64,000 nucleotides of DNA, from the NCBI RefSeq assembly GCF_006345805.1, contig NC_043005.1:68510001-68574000 (forward strand), given 5' to 3'. Position numbers and translations under genes: made by a program. Shown here piece after piece: positions 39,794 to 52,906 of the stretch (position 1 is the first letter of the stretch; every line of letters begins with the position of its first letter). Below the pieces are notes generated by a model that saw only the letters and a list, made by a program, of their open reading frames with translations, was not told the DNA's origin and made no database searches. This stretch comes from Octopus sinensis. Lineage: Eukaryota.

Positions 39794-40143
39794 GAACTTT
39801 GGGCAAGTGTCTTTTACTATAGCCTCGGGATGACCAAAGCCTTGTGAGTGGTTTTGGTAGACGGAAACTGAAAGAAGCCCACCGCATATATGTATATATA
39901 TATATATATATATGTGTATGTATGTGTGTGCATGTGTTTGTGTGTCGGTGTTTGTCCCCACAACATCGTTTGACAATCGATGCTGGTGTGTCTACGTCCA
40001 CGTAACTTAGCGGTTCGGCAAAAGGGACCGATAGAATAAGTACTAGGCTTACAAAGAATAAGTCCTGGGGTCGATTTGCTCGACTAAAGGTGGTGCTCCA
40101 GCATGACCACAGTCAAATGACTGAAACAAGTAAAAGAGTAAGA
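39790..40143 (+). mobile_element. SINE family B, 5'-truncated
   Basis: TTGGGCAAGTGTC..., internal (TA)/(TG), then CTGGGGTCGATTTGCTCGACTAAAGGTGGTGCTCCAGCATG...AAGAGTAAGAG. Confidence 0.9.
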
Positions 40144-40719
40144 GATTATAGAAAAATTTCCTATATACATTAATGTATATATATATACATATGTATATCA
40201 GAAACACTTCCCTTATACATTTAAACCCCTAAGTGTTGATAAGGAGGGCGCTGTTTTCCTATGCTTCTTTGGCAATGTTCAATAATTATTATACGCATCC
40301 GTTGCAGCTACTGTTCCCCAAACGTAATTTTCTTTAAGCTTGATAATGAAGTCTTTCATAATTAAACCCTTAATTTGTTGAAATCGTTTTCCTTTTCGTC
40401 ATGAGTTACTAGCGCATACCGCCAGGTTTAGCTTTTCATTTCTCAACCGAGAGGAAAATTTCATGTCATTAAAATATATATGATCCTGTCATTCTCAATA
40501 ACTGTACATCATCCATACATGTGTGTCATTATCTATGTACAAGGAATTTCTACAACATATACGAATATTGTATCTACACCAAGTGGCTACAACAACAACA
40601 ACGACTGCTGCTGCTGCTACTACTACTACTACTACTACTACTAGATGGACGACGGCTAATCACTTGGTAGATAATGGTATTATGTCAGCTGCCGCTGTGA
40701 TCATCACGTACTTATTTGT

Positions 40720-41467
40720 CCTTTCTTTCCCTTTGCTATCTCTCTGTCTTTCTCTCTTTCTCTCTCATTTTTGTCAATATGAGCCACCTTTTGCTTCGTC
40801 GACGTTTTGAACCTCTTCCCTATCTCTTTCCACCCTCTTCTTTCACCATTCTTTCTTTCTTTCTTTCTTCCTTGTCCAACAATGCCAAAATTTAATTCGT
40901 CAACACTTAATTCATCGACTCTCTCTCTCTCTCTCTCTCACTCCTCATAGCTTACGTGGTTCTATCATTTTTAAATATCTATCCTTTTCTCTCTCTCATC
41001 CTCTCTCTCCCTTCTTTTTCTAACGTCCTCTATCCTTCATTTATCTCCCCTCTCTGTCTTCTATCAGCTCTCTCTCTCTCTCTTTCTCCCCCCTTTATTA
41101 TCTTTCTCTTTTCTACACACATAAACACACTAATTTCCTTTCATATGTACATATTATACTGCGTTCATTCTTATTCGATTGTCTGTCCCTCTCTTCTTTT
41201 TCTCTCACTCTGTCTCTTTCTCTCTTCCTCTCTCCCGCCTGTCTTTCTGTTACTCCGTCCCCCTCCCTCTCTCTTTTTTCTCCTAGTGATACGTACATCA
41301 TTACTTCTTGCTTTTACTCTCTCTCTCTTTCTGGCATGCCTGTCCATGTCTGTAATTTACTTCAGCGAGAGACGTCTCTTTTCTCCTGCACCATTTCGGC
41401 TTTCACTCTTTTACTCCCACAATTCTCTCTCTCTCTCTCACTGCCTTCTCTCTATCTCTAAACACTC

Positions 41468-41530
<63 letters not shown>

Positions 41531-42720
41531 AATATATATATACACACACACACACACAGGCACTCACGCAATCACACTTTCTCTTTCTTTGTTTCTTTCC
41601 TTCTTTCTTTCTATCTATCTCTCTCTTTCTCTCCACCGCCCAGACAAACTACGTCTTCACCAATTATTCTCTCTCATTCAAAATCCCCTGCCCACTCATT
41701 CCTAGATTATCTTTATCTCTCACTCTTTTACTCTCTCTCTCATTTCTATAACTTTCTTACTCTCTTTTTCTCTCGTCCTCTCATAGAAACACTGCCCCCC
41801 ACCATCTCCACCGCGCACACTACACGTTTAGTCTATCCTTTTCCTTTTTTTTCTCTCTTTCCCTTATTTATTCCCTGCTCACATTTCTTCACCAACATCT
41901 TCCCTTTGTTTCTCCTTTCTCCCATTCTCACTTTACGCTCAGTCTGTTTCGACACAGTAATATAACTTCTAAACCCTCCACCTCCATCTCCTCTTCCTTC
42001 TCCCCTCCTCCTTCTCCCCTTCTCTTCCTTCCCCTCCTTCCTCCCTTGTCTGTTCTTCGTTACTTTGTCTTGATGCCGAAGCCCACACCGACTCCTCGTC
42101 TCAATCACCACCTCATCATCATCAATTTCCTTATATATATTATTAGTTCCTCCGCCTTACCCTCTCTCTTAACCTCCATACCCTTTCTCTTCCTTCTTCC
42201 CATGTCTCCATCCTCCTACTTCCTTCTTTTCCTCTGTCATACTTCTATCCTCATACCACCTCTCACTACGCCGAAATATTCCTACCCCCTCATTTCCTCC
42301 TCCATCACATCTATCACCACTATCTCTACCACTGCTTAAGTCGCCACTTCCACTGCCACCCTGCCTTTTAATATAACCGCTACACTCCTCTCCGCTTTTC
42401 TTCCTTGCTCTTCCTTCTATGGTTTTCAAAAGCATCGTTCCTTACTCTCTACTGTCTTCTCTCTCCTTTAAACACTTGCCTCTCACTCTTCAACCACCAC
42501 CACCACCACAAATTCCACCACTACCACCACCTCTTACAACATCAGCATCACCATCGCCATCACACCAGCACGATAGCGATCCTCTGCCTTCATCTCTAAC
42601 ACTAATAATCCCGCCACAATCTCTCTCTCACAGCCTCACATTGCACACACCACTAACACACGCATCTTCTCTCTCTATCGCCCTTTCTGTCTCTATCTTT
42701 GACTCGCTGTTTCTATCTCA
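40720..42720. repeat. ~2-kb pyrimidine-rich (CT) low-complexity tract
   Basis: Plus strand is strongly C/T-skewed, with (CT)n, (CTT)n and (CAC)n runs. Confidence 0.8.
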
Positions 42721-43000
42721 ACAATAACCAGACTTCTCGATTGCAGATCTATCGATTATAGTAGAGAAATAAATGTCCGTTGTGTTGTATATTTGTATTC
42801 CTTTGCTGCTTTCTCATAATTATTCAACCAACTTGCTGCTAGTGGCGCTGATATTAATTTTAACTACAAGTTTCGCTATCTTTAACGTAAATGTCTGTCG
42901 ATGCTACTGTAGTAGTGGTTATCGTGTAGTGTTTGGTGTCCACCTTTTTCCCAACGATGGGTAAATCCTGATCGGGCTAAGGACTGATAGAATATGTGCC

Positions 43001-43163
43001 AGCCGTAGGAGTAGCTGCGTGGTAAGTAGCCTGCTTACGAACCACATGGTACCGGGTTCAGTCCCACTGCGTGGCAACTTGGGCAAGTGTCTCCTACTAT
43101 AGCCTCGGGCCAACCAAAGCCTTGTGAGTGGATTTGGTACACGGAAACAGAAAGAAGCCTGTC

Positions 43164-43242
<79 letters not shown>

Positions 43243-43460
43243 TGTGTGTGAATATGTTTATGTGTCTGTGTTTGTCCCCCCAACATCGCTTGACAACTGA
43301 TGCTGGTGAGTTTACGTTCCCGTAATTTAGCGGTTCGACAAAAGAGACCTATAGAATAAGTACTTGGCTTACAAAGAATAAGTCCTGGGGTCGATTTGCC
43401 CGACTAAAGGTGGTGCTCCAGCATGGCCACGGTCAAATGACTGAAACAAGTAAGAGTAAA
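43001..43460 (+). mobile_element. SINE family B, full length
   Basis: tRNA-like head, CTTGGGCAAGTGTC core, ~90-bp internal (TA)n(TG)n, and a 3' module ending GACTGAAACAAGTAAGAGTAAA. Confidence 0.93.
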
Positions 43461-43744
43461 AAAAAGAAACGTCGACATTTTTTTAGACTATTCAGAACGG
43501 TATTATTATGTCCGTGTATCAAAGACCTAAGTTTGCTATACATTCTTGCTATAATCTTTATAGTCTAAGAGGGATTCAGCTCGTAAATTTGTAGGTCGAG
43601 AGACGGCGTACCGATGTCACCATGTTACTATTGCTTTCTTGTTATTATTATTTATAAAGTAATTTCTGATGGCGGGATTGTTGTGAGTCGTTTACCTGAC
43701 GGTTGGAATGACGCTGTGCTACGAGTATTCATATCAAATAATGC

Positions 43745-44370
43745 CGGGGAGCCAGTAGAATCTTTAGCCCGTCGGACAATGTTTCGTCCTTCTTCATGTT
43801 CAAATTCTGTTGAGGTCGACTTTGCCTTTCATCCTTTCGAGGTTGATATAAATAAGTAACAGTTAAGCATTAGGGTCAATGTAATCGACTAAACCCTTAG
43901 CCTGAAATTTCTGGCCTTGTTCCAAAATTCGAAACAATTGTTATTTACTTTAAATACTGTCTGTGATGTGGCAGAATCGTTACTAGGTCGGACAAAATGC
44001 TTAGTAGTATTTCTGATGTTCTCAGTCCACCTTGCCTTTCACCCTTTCAGAATCGATAAAATAGGTACCAACTGATCACAAGAATGGATGTAATCGAGCC
44101 CCTCTCTTAAAAATGACTGCCCTTGCACCAAAATTAGAAAGATTTATTAATATTAGCTAAAAGAGTGAGCTGGTAGAATAATTAACATTTCTTGTGTAAT
44201 CCTTAGCGGTATTTCTGACTCCATGCTTAGATCACAAATACTGTCGAGGTAAACATTCAAATTTCTGAGCTGACAGAAATAAAGACCAGTTGTTAAAGCA
44301 CAAGGACCGATGTAACTAGTTGTAAAAAGAAAAAAAAAGTAATAAATAAAAATGCTAGTTTCTTGCTAAA
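43745..44370 (+). mobile_element. Three co-oriented decayed SINE family A copies
   Basis: Heads near 43745, 43965 and 44160; cores such as GAGGTCGACTTTGCCTTTCATCCTTTCG at ~43812. Confidence 0.7.
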
Positions 44371-45513
44371 ATTTGTCCAATGCAGATGCGTAACCAAGGA
44401 CTCATCATTAATGCCATAGATCAAAGAATCTGGACTAATAATTACATTTAGTTTGCCTTCACCTCAGAGGCTATACTAAACACTTGAACATCTAATGGTG
44501 TACTATTTTAGGCGCTATGCAGTACTCTAGGAATTTTCCCAGTCTATTCTTGTATGTTATATTGGTTATAGTCACACGGGATCTCACGAAATTTACTGAT
44601 TAAGGGACGAATGGTGTTATGACGTTGCTCTTATGTACCTTTATGCACATGGGTGTGGTTTTCCTTTTTGTATTTTTCTTTTAATCAGGGCCCATTGAGT
44701 GATATGGTGGAGTTATTTTTTGGATATATTGCAGATAACATTGAAACTGCTACTGCTGTTGTTGTTCATGATGATGTTTTTAAGGTGGTGATTTGATACC
44801 ATCGTCAGAGCGTCAAAGTGTCATGCAGCATTTGTTCCGGCTCTTAGTTTACTTTGGATTCAAATGCTCCGATATCAACTTTGCATTTTATAATTTTCGG
44901 CTCGACTGAATATAGTAATGATAACGTATTGAGCTGATAGGAGGCAAAATCGAATGCTAATCTGTACGAGTATACAATGAGATACTAAAGCAGAATGGAG
45001 CCCAAGTCTCCAACACATGGTGAAATACTTCAATGATTGCAGTACACTGCCACCACGCAACAATATCTATCTATATCACCTTCTATGACGGCCAACAACA
45101 CGCTCACACACACGCACACACACACACACACACATATGCACACACAGATCATGCGCATTCATACACACATATATGCTCACATGTCCCATATTTCACTGAC
45201 AAACATTCTCCTCTCAAAAGCAGATGATCCCATTAAAGAGTACAGCACAAAAGAAAAAAAGTTATGCTTCTTAATGGCGATGACGATAAAGATATGAACT
45301 ATGGAGGTCTTGCTATTAATTTTTTATCTAATAGCTTCGGGGTTTTCAATGATATTATTGTTTTTTTTTATTACTGGTATTGTTCTGTTTGTTATTAGTC
45401 GTACTGGTAATGGGTGGTGATGGTGGTGACCGTGCTGATAATGTTATTAATTTTAACTAGAAATATCGGCTCCTCCAACACATTAGTGTTTATTGTAGTT
45501 GCAATCGTTGCCT

Positions 45514-45544
<31 letters not shown>

Positions 45545-46470
45545 AGCTGGTGCTGTTGCTAAAGATGGTGGATGTAGTGATATTGATGGTGGCAGAAAAA
45601 AATTCTTAGTAGTTACAGAAATCCTGCTTTTAATTTTCGATACGACTCGTTATTCTTCGTGGTTATCATTCGTTCGTTATTGCTATTCGTCGTCGTCGTC
45701 GTTGTTGTTGTTGTTGTTGTTATAGTTATTGATGGTGGTGATGTTGGATATTGTGGTGATATTACTATTAATTTTAACTGATGATGTTGTTTACAACATC
45801 TTAGTCATTGTTGCTGCTAATGTTGAACTTTCAAGCCCCTTTCTATGTTGTTGTGATAATATTGACTTCTAAGTTTGGCGTAAGGCCATACATTGTCAGA
45901 AGGGTGTAGTCGATTATTATTTGATCAAACACCGAGTGATGAAAGACATAGTCGACTTCACAGAAATTTGAATTCAGCCTGAAAAGAGACTTGACTAAAT
46001 TCAGCAAAGCACTTATCCAGCAATCTACTGTGTATCCTTCTCCGTCACCATAATACAAGTGATAATGTTGATCATAGAGGCTCATTGTTAGTTACCACCC
46101 CATCGTTTCTGCAAATATAATGTAACCAAGGCTACATTATCCATTAGATCCTTAATGTTTGAGACAGTAAAGCAAAATTTGAAGGGCATTTGGTTGATAT
46201 ATCTCGCCGGTCGAGTCACCAGTTAGAGAGTCAGCTCAGATAAAATTGATGTAAACTGTTGTTTGTAATAGTTATTAACACGATTTTATTCCCTGGGCAA
46301 GGGTGGCGCCGTTAAGTGCATGAACGACGATTTAATGCTAGAAAATTACCGGATCTATCGTAAATAGCTCTTTATGCGGGTGGAAATGATCTCAGTTCTT
46401 TGCAGCCAAGAGATCAAACATAGACTTACCAATGACACCAAAACCACCACCGAGCACAACCACCGTTGAC

Positions 46471-46492
46471 GCCGCCACCACCACCACCACCA

Positions 46493-46579
<87 letters not shown>

Positions 46580-46687
46580 GCTGCTGCTGCTACTACTACT
46601 ACTACTACTACTACCGCTGCTGCTGCTACTACTACCACCACTACTGCTGCTGCTGCTGCTACTACTACTACTACTACTGTTGCTGCT
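46471..46687. repeat. Compound (CAC)/(TAC)/(TGC) microsatellite
   Basis: Seen directly; explains the poly-Y, poly-T and poly-V ORFs. Confidence 0.95.
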
Positions 46688-47332
46688 TGATGTTGCTTAT
46701 AGAATCCTGTGGCATATACATACGCCTACAAACTTTCGAATGATGATAGTTAAATCTATTAAATGTAATATAACATAATAGGTACCCGTGGCTGTATACG
46801 AACTACTGATTTTTCGACAGCTTTTGTCCTACCCGAGTGATTCATCCATCTTAGACAATCGATATTTATTGAAAATATCTAGTTTTAACAGCGATAATGT
46901 ATCTTACTATTTGCTTTTATAGAGCAGTGTCGTGCAGTGAAAATGTTTCATAATCTAGTGAAACTGCATAAATGTGTGCTGCAGAACACTGCAGGAATGT
47001 TTTGTAAGGTGTATAGTGCAATGTACTCTAGTATAGTGGTGTGAAGGTGTACTGCAGCACACAGTTGTATAACTGTTTAAAGGTATAGTGTCGTATAATC
47101 TAATATAGCTTTCTAAAGGCTTGTGACAGTAATATAATACAAATGCGTGGTTCACTGAATTGTATTGTAACGTTATACAGCTGTGGGAACCGCACTGTAA
47201 TAATTCGATTAGATCTATTACTTCCAAGTGCTATATGGTTATTTATTCATGTGACAATGTTCCATAGGAGTTATGTATTTAAATGATTTCATTGTTCTAT
47301 TTACTGTTCCTTTATCCTCCGGCCAACCCTGA

Positions 47333-47498
47333 GCCAGTACCGTCTAAGGCCATGAGCATAATGGGCAGTTATTCGGGGCCTCTTAGGTCTTGGAGCCCAA
47401 TTTTAATCTGTGTGTGTTGTAGCCTGCTGTCAATAAATACTATCGGACCTGGTGCATTAATTTTCTCGGGAGCCTAGAATGTTGCTAATGCGAACCTT
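47333..47498. mobile_element. Possible decayed hAT-like MITE
   Basis: Starts CAGTACCGTCTAAGGCC...GGGGCCTC and ends GGGAGCCTAGAATGTTGCTAATGCG. Resembles the CAGGGCCGTCTTAA...GGGGCCTATAATGCTGTTAAGACGG MITE layout from memory; the 3' TIR is poor. Confidence 0.35.
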
Positions 47499-48019
47499 CT
47501 CTGAGCAAGCGTATCTATAATTAAGGCTTTCCTGTCTTTTTTATATCATGGTATATTATTAGCCCCTTGTAAAGAAATGTATATCATGGTATATTATACA
47601 AGACTCACTTATTCAGTGTCTCCGTTCGTTTTTTTTAATGGTATGGTAACATGTACATTGAGAGTAAGTTTGCCAGCTAATTCTAATACATTGAGATATA
47701 ACATAGAACTTGTTTTAATCCCACATCAGCACCAATTGCAAATATCTGATAGAAGCTATTTCACGCTAATGATAAATATTTCCTTAGTTTTTCAGGCAAT
47801 CTACCATTCTTTTTCTGATAGTACAGTGTAAATTAGGAAAGATTTGCCCACTATTTATAGGAGGTTGAGCTTACACGTGGATGTTCAATTGTTGGGGGTT
47901 GTCTGGCATTATTTGTAGTTATGTGGGTCGTATATCATTGCACCACCTGTAGTTGTTGCTGCCTCTAATATTTATGTTCCTTTGTGACATACGACCTCGT
48001 CAATAATTTTAGAAGGTAA

Positions 48020-48488
48020 AGGGTGGTGAGCTGGAAGAATCGTTAGCACACCGGGCGAAATGCTTAACGATATTTCGTCTGTCTTTACGTTCTGAGTTTA
48101 AATTCCGCTGAGATCGACTTTGACTTTCATCCATTTGGGGGTCTATAACTTAAGCACTAGTTACGTACTGGGGTCAATTTAATCGACCGTTCCCCTCCCC
48201 ACAAATTTCAGGCCTTGTGCCTAGAGTAGAAAAGAATAATTTTAGAAGGTGAAGGGCCGTGAGCTGGCAGAATCGTTAGCATGCCGGGCAAAATGCTTCG
48301 CGGTATGTCGTCTGTCGTTACGTTCTTATTTCAAATTCTGCCGAGGTTGACTTTGCTTTTCATCCTTTCGTTGTCGATTAAACTAGTACCTGTTACGCAC
48401 AGGGGTCGATGTAATCGACTTAATCCCTTAGTCTGTTCTTGTTTGTCTCCTCAGTGTTTAGCCCCCTTTGGGCAATAAAGAAATAAAT
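48020..48488 (+). mobile_element. Head-to-tail pair of SINE family A (short-tail 48020-48234, long-tail 48253-48488)
   Basis: Both have the full head and core. A 22-bp repeat AATAATTTTAGAAGGT[A/G]AAGGG lies at 48002-48023 and 48235-48256. Confidence 0.9.
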
Positions 48489-48999
48489 AAGTTTAGAAAA
48501 TGATTAAGAAATCACTTTAGCCTGTAAGTAAGTTTTTTATTATTTATTTGTTACCATTTCGTTTTTATGTATATTTTATTCTATCGTTGCTATTTTGACA
48601 CGATTGCGTTTTGAAATACATACTATTTTATATATCTTAGAAAATATTGTTATCAAAAGATGAGAATATTCATTGCTCCAAAATATCACAATATAGGAGA
48701 ATATAATGATAATTCTGCGTAGTTGTCCCGGAAATCATAGTTCAACAGCTCGGAGTAGTTAGAGCAGGTGCCCGTTTCGATGGAAGGACATATGACTAGC
48801 CATCCTGGATGCCCGGAGCCATGACAGCCAACGAGAGCCAGGGAGGTTGATATATAGAACGTGGAAGATTGTGGAATACGCGTGAGGACTTGCGAGCTGT
48901 GTGGAGGTAGAGAGAAAGAGGGGACTGCGAGGCGTTCATTATGATATTAACTACCCTCTTCTAATCTCGATTGTTAACTGATTTATATTAATTTGGGTT

Positions 49000-49195
49000 T
49001 GAAATTTTGGTAGAGGCCAGGAATTTTGAGAGAGAAGGTAAGTCGACCCCAGTCCTCAACTGGCACTTATCTTAACGAGCCCAAAAAGATGAAAGGTAAA
49101 GTCGACCTCATCAGAATTTCAACTCAGAACGTAAAGACAGACGGAATGCTTCTAAGCATTCTCTCCGCAAAGGTAACGAATCTGCTATCTCACCC
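49000..49195 (-). mobile_element. SINE family A, diverged
   Basis: GATGAAAGGTAAAGTCGACCTC...AACTCAGAACGTAAAGACAGACG is the reverse complement of the family A core. Confidence 0.8.
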
Positions 49196-49242
49196 TCTTG
49201 ATTTATATTAACATGAAAGGTCTTTCTTCTCATATTGTTTTA

Positions 49243-49452
49243 AGTTGGTAAGCTGGCACAATCGTTAGCTCGCTGGACAAAACGCTGAGCTGATTTCATC
49301 CGTCCTTATACTCTGAGTTGAAATTCCGCCGCGGTGGATTTTGATTTCGTATTTTCGGGGTCGATAAAATAAGTACCAGTTGAGCACTGGGATCAATGTA
49401 ACCGACTTAACCCTTTCAACAAACTTGCTGGCCGTGTTCCAAGATTTAAAAC
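49243..49452 (+). mobile_element. SINE family A, diverged
   Basis: AGCTGGCACAATCGTTAGC...GGGGTCGATAAAATAAGTACCAGTTGAGCACTGGG. Confidence 0.8.
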
Positions 49453-51399
49453 CAACATTAAAAACACTTTTATCACTCCTTGTAGCTGCTGGTGGTAGAA
49501 GTTAGCTTTCACAGTCAAGGACATTCTAGTTTTTATTAGACTGTGTGAGGTATTTTGGGCAAATGATTTTCGGAACGACACCAATTGTTTCATTATAATT
49601 GAGTTATCGGAAACTCTGTGGAAGCTCTTTGGATGGATTGTATCTGTAATTTAAAATGTCTGCCTTGTCACGTTGATCGTTCTGAAGAAGTGCGTGCCTG
49701 TACAATGTCGAACCACTTACAAGTTGATTCAATGAGGAGGAAAAACAATTCAGCTGATTGAACCAACGAATACACAATCTTTTCAAAAATTATAACTAAT
49801 ACGTTTTTGTTCAAACGCAGAAGATTACAGATAAAGTAGAATCGGGCAAAATTTGAACTCTTAAATAATCAAGGAAGAATGCGTCAGATATTACAAAATA
49901 TTAAGTTCGGCGCCAACACTTATCTACCGACTCATTTTTGCTATTAATTCTCTCTATAACATTGGCGTCTTCAATAGCAAGTTCTTGTTATTGTTGTCAG
50001 TATCTGTTATCCTTTGTTCATTTTTCCTATTGTTTTTGAAGGTAGTAGTCACCGTAATAGAGTCGATGGTGGCGCAGTTGGTGCTATTAGCGTTGGACTT
50101 GTTGGGTTAATAAGATTTAAATAGATCGTGTAACTATATAATGTCACGCAGGCAATCAATCAGTTCGTTGCAGTCTTTGATATCGTGGAAGAAACCATTT
50201 ACATAATGCTGTAACCGCTATTACATGAAAATCAATAAGAATAACAATAGCATTATCAACAAGAAAAGTGTTAATAACAAGTGGTCGTACTCATACTACA
50301 GTAATGATAATTTCTAACATAAGCACAAAGCCATAGAATTACAGAGAAGAATATAATCGATTAAATTGACACCAATACTTGACTGGTGTTGGTAATAAGA
50401 AGAATAACGGTTATTTATATAGGCACAATGCCTGAAATTTTGTAGCAGTGGCACGAAGTCGATAAAATCGATCCAGTACTTAACTGGTACTTTATTTTGT
50501 GTATTTTCTTGTTTTTATTGTTGAGGTTTCAGTCCGTTCATTTTGTGGCTATTGTGTTTGGTTTGGTAGTGATGGCGTGGTTGTGATGCTTAAATAAGGG
50601 AACGTTACTGTCCTGTCAATTTTACTGGGTTTCCAATTTGAACAACCCTTCCCTCCCTATCTTCCCGTCTACCCGCTACATGCAACCAATAAGTTTCTGA
50701 ATCAGACGATTGTGAGGCGGGGCAGTGCAAGATATGTCTCCATATGTGGCTTTCCTTGCATCTATATCTTTTGGAGGAGAGGGCGCAAGCGTAACTGGGC
50801 AAAATTTTGAATGGGCTTGGATCCAGATCATATCGTTATTACTTTTGTACCTATCGTCGTTGTTGCCACTGAAGTGCGGTTGCTATGCAGCAAAAATAGT
50901 GGACAGAGTAGCAACTGAAGAAATTACAATATCAACATAAATACCACAGTAGCAACAGAGGTCATAAAAATAATGAGTACAACAAAATTGCTCAGATGGG
51001 GTATCCCAAACCAATACTCGCTCTTCTCATGGTCTTATTCATCCCTACATCATAATCTACAAACACACACAAGCACAAGAAAGCATTCCCTTAGAACAAC
51101 ACATTGTACCCACTTCCTCCATTTTGCTAGTAAGTAGAGAAAACTAAAGAACTGTTATCATGCATAGCATGAACGTAGAGAAATAGAAAAAAGAGAAATC
51201 TTTCATTGTGATTTGAGGAGGTATCCAATAGTTAGGTATAAGGAAAAGAGCGGGAGTTTCTTATTCGATGTTTAGGAGCCCCAACGTCAAAGTCCGGATA
51301 AGGCCTCTTCAAGGTTTTCCCAACAAACCTAACACGAATTGCATATGACAAACATTAAGTTAGGCGACTCTCTCTTATCTTCCTTTTTCATTCTTACCA

Positions 51400-52100
51400 A
51401 AGAAGCAGATTTAAGAGTGGGTTTCATAACTACATATGGTCACCTTGGAAGCAGGCTCGCCAGCACGAATGTGAAAGCTATCAGCGCGACTACGATTTCC
51501 GACATACGTATAATTGCATCCATTTTTGATGACTTCGAAATTTGCACATGCCTGAGATAATTTGGTTGAGTGGTATTGTTGTTGTGGAAAGACATAGAGT
51601 CAGTCTTCCTGGACTTGGATTTAAGTTGGTATTCTGTACGCGAAAGACAGGAAAGGAGGTACTTTATCCTAGTAGCTGTTTATGCGTCGACAAGGGTAGG
51701 GAAAACCAGATTTCAGATGTCTGAATGTTTGCTTCCAAATGCTCTGCTCTTTACTGTCAGTGGTCGATTCCAATGTCATTCTGAATGCAGGTTTGGAATG
51801 GTGAGGGTAGCTGATAGCAGATGGAATACAAAAGAGTCACAAGACCTACCAGTCGTTTCCAACTGTCTGTCAGGTACCGAATCGACTTTCCAAATGAGAC
51901 AACGTGGACGTGGACAAACAGCATTAGGTCTTTCAGATCATATGTAGACAGAAAGGAATAGTATGAGTTGTCCACAATTGAAATTAGTCCGCTCCACATT
52001 CCACAATTTTGATTTGTACTGTAGACGTAAATAAACCGTTTAGACAGGGAGCAGGCTCCTAGAAAATAAACGCGTCTTTCTCGGTGCTTTATGCTTATAA
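51400..52100 (+). mobile_element. Decayed APE-type LINE endonuclease region (probably L1/Tx1-like)
   Basis: FILVAVYAS (cf. FRLVAVYAP), frameshifted VG(D)xNVILN (GDFN motif) near 51760 and INRLDR near 52030, in the expected order. Confidence 0.5.
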
Positions 52101-52329
52101 GGACTGAATTAGACAACTAGCTAAGTAGAGGTTGACGGGGTATTTTCCATAACCGTTGGTAGTTAGCCCTAAAAAGGAATATCAGATTAGAGTTAACATT
52201 AAGTAAGTGAACAATTATAAAGTAGAAGTAAAGCGAGATAAACGTTTAGGAAATGCATAGCGACTGATGTGCTTAGAATAAGATTTGCCTTAGAGCAATT
52301 CCTCAACGGAAAGCACGGAAGTTATGATT

Positions 52330-52517
52330 TTCTATAGGCACAAGGCCTGCAAATCTTAAGGACGAGGTAAGACGATTACATCGACACCAGTGTTCAAATG
52401 ATACTTATTTTATCAATCTCGAAAGAAAGTCTACTTCAGCTGTAGTTGAAACTAAAGACGGATGAAATGTCATCAAGCAGCCTGTCCGGCGCGTTAACAG
52501 TTCTGCTAGATCACCGT
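52330..52517 (-). mobile_element. SINE family A, short-tail subtype, diverged
   Basis: TTTCTATAGGCACAAGGCCTG...CGATTACATCGAC...TAACAGTTCTGCTAGATCACCG. Confidence 0.7.
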
Positions 52518-52870
52518 TTTATTGCCTCAATGATAATAACGATTACTTTTATAAGAATAATTAGTTATAAACTAAAATAAAAATAACCTTATACGTCGGA
52601 AAATTAAAACTCTATACTGTGTGAGATTTCCTTTACACTTTAACAATTATGACCGTATACAGCTCTTAACAGTCCATTTATGTTTTCAAAATTCGGCTTG
52701 TACGTATCTTGCGAATTTCTGGCGGATGAAAGTCAACGTCGATACCGGCATAATTTGAACTTACAGTACAGCAGAACGTAACTAAGTGCTGAAACGTATT
52801 TAATTCAGATCTTGCCGATTCTGTCATCCAGGAAATGATGGTGATGATGACGATGATGACGATGATGATG

Positions 52871-52906
<36 letters not shown>

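Noticed and set aside
40956-42727. Leu/Ser/Pro/His-rich ORFs
   Set aside because: By-product of a stop-poor CT-rich low-complexity tract.
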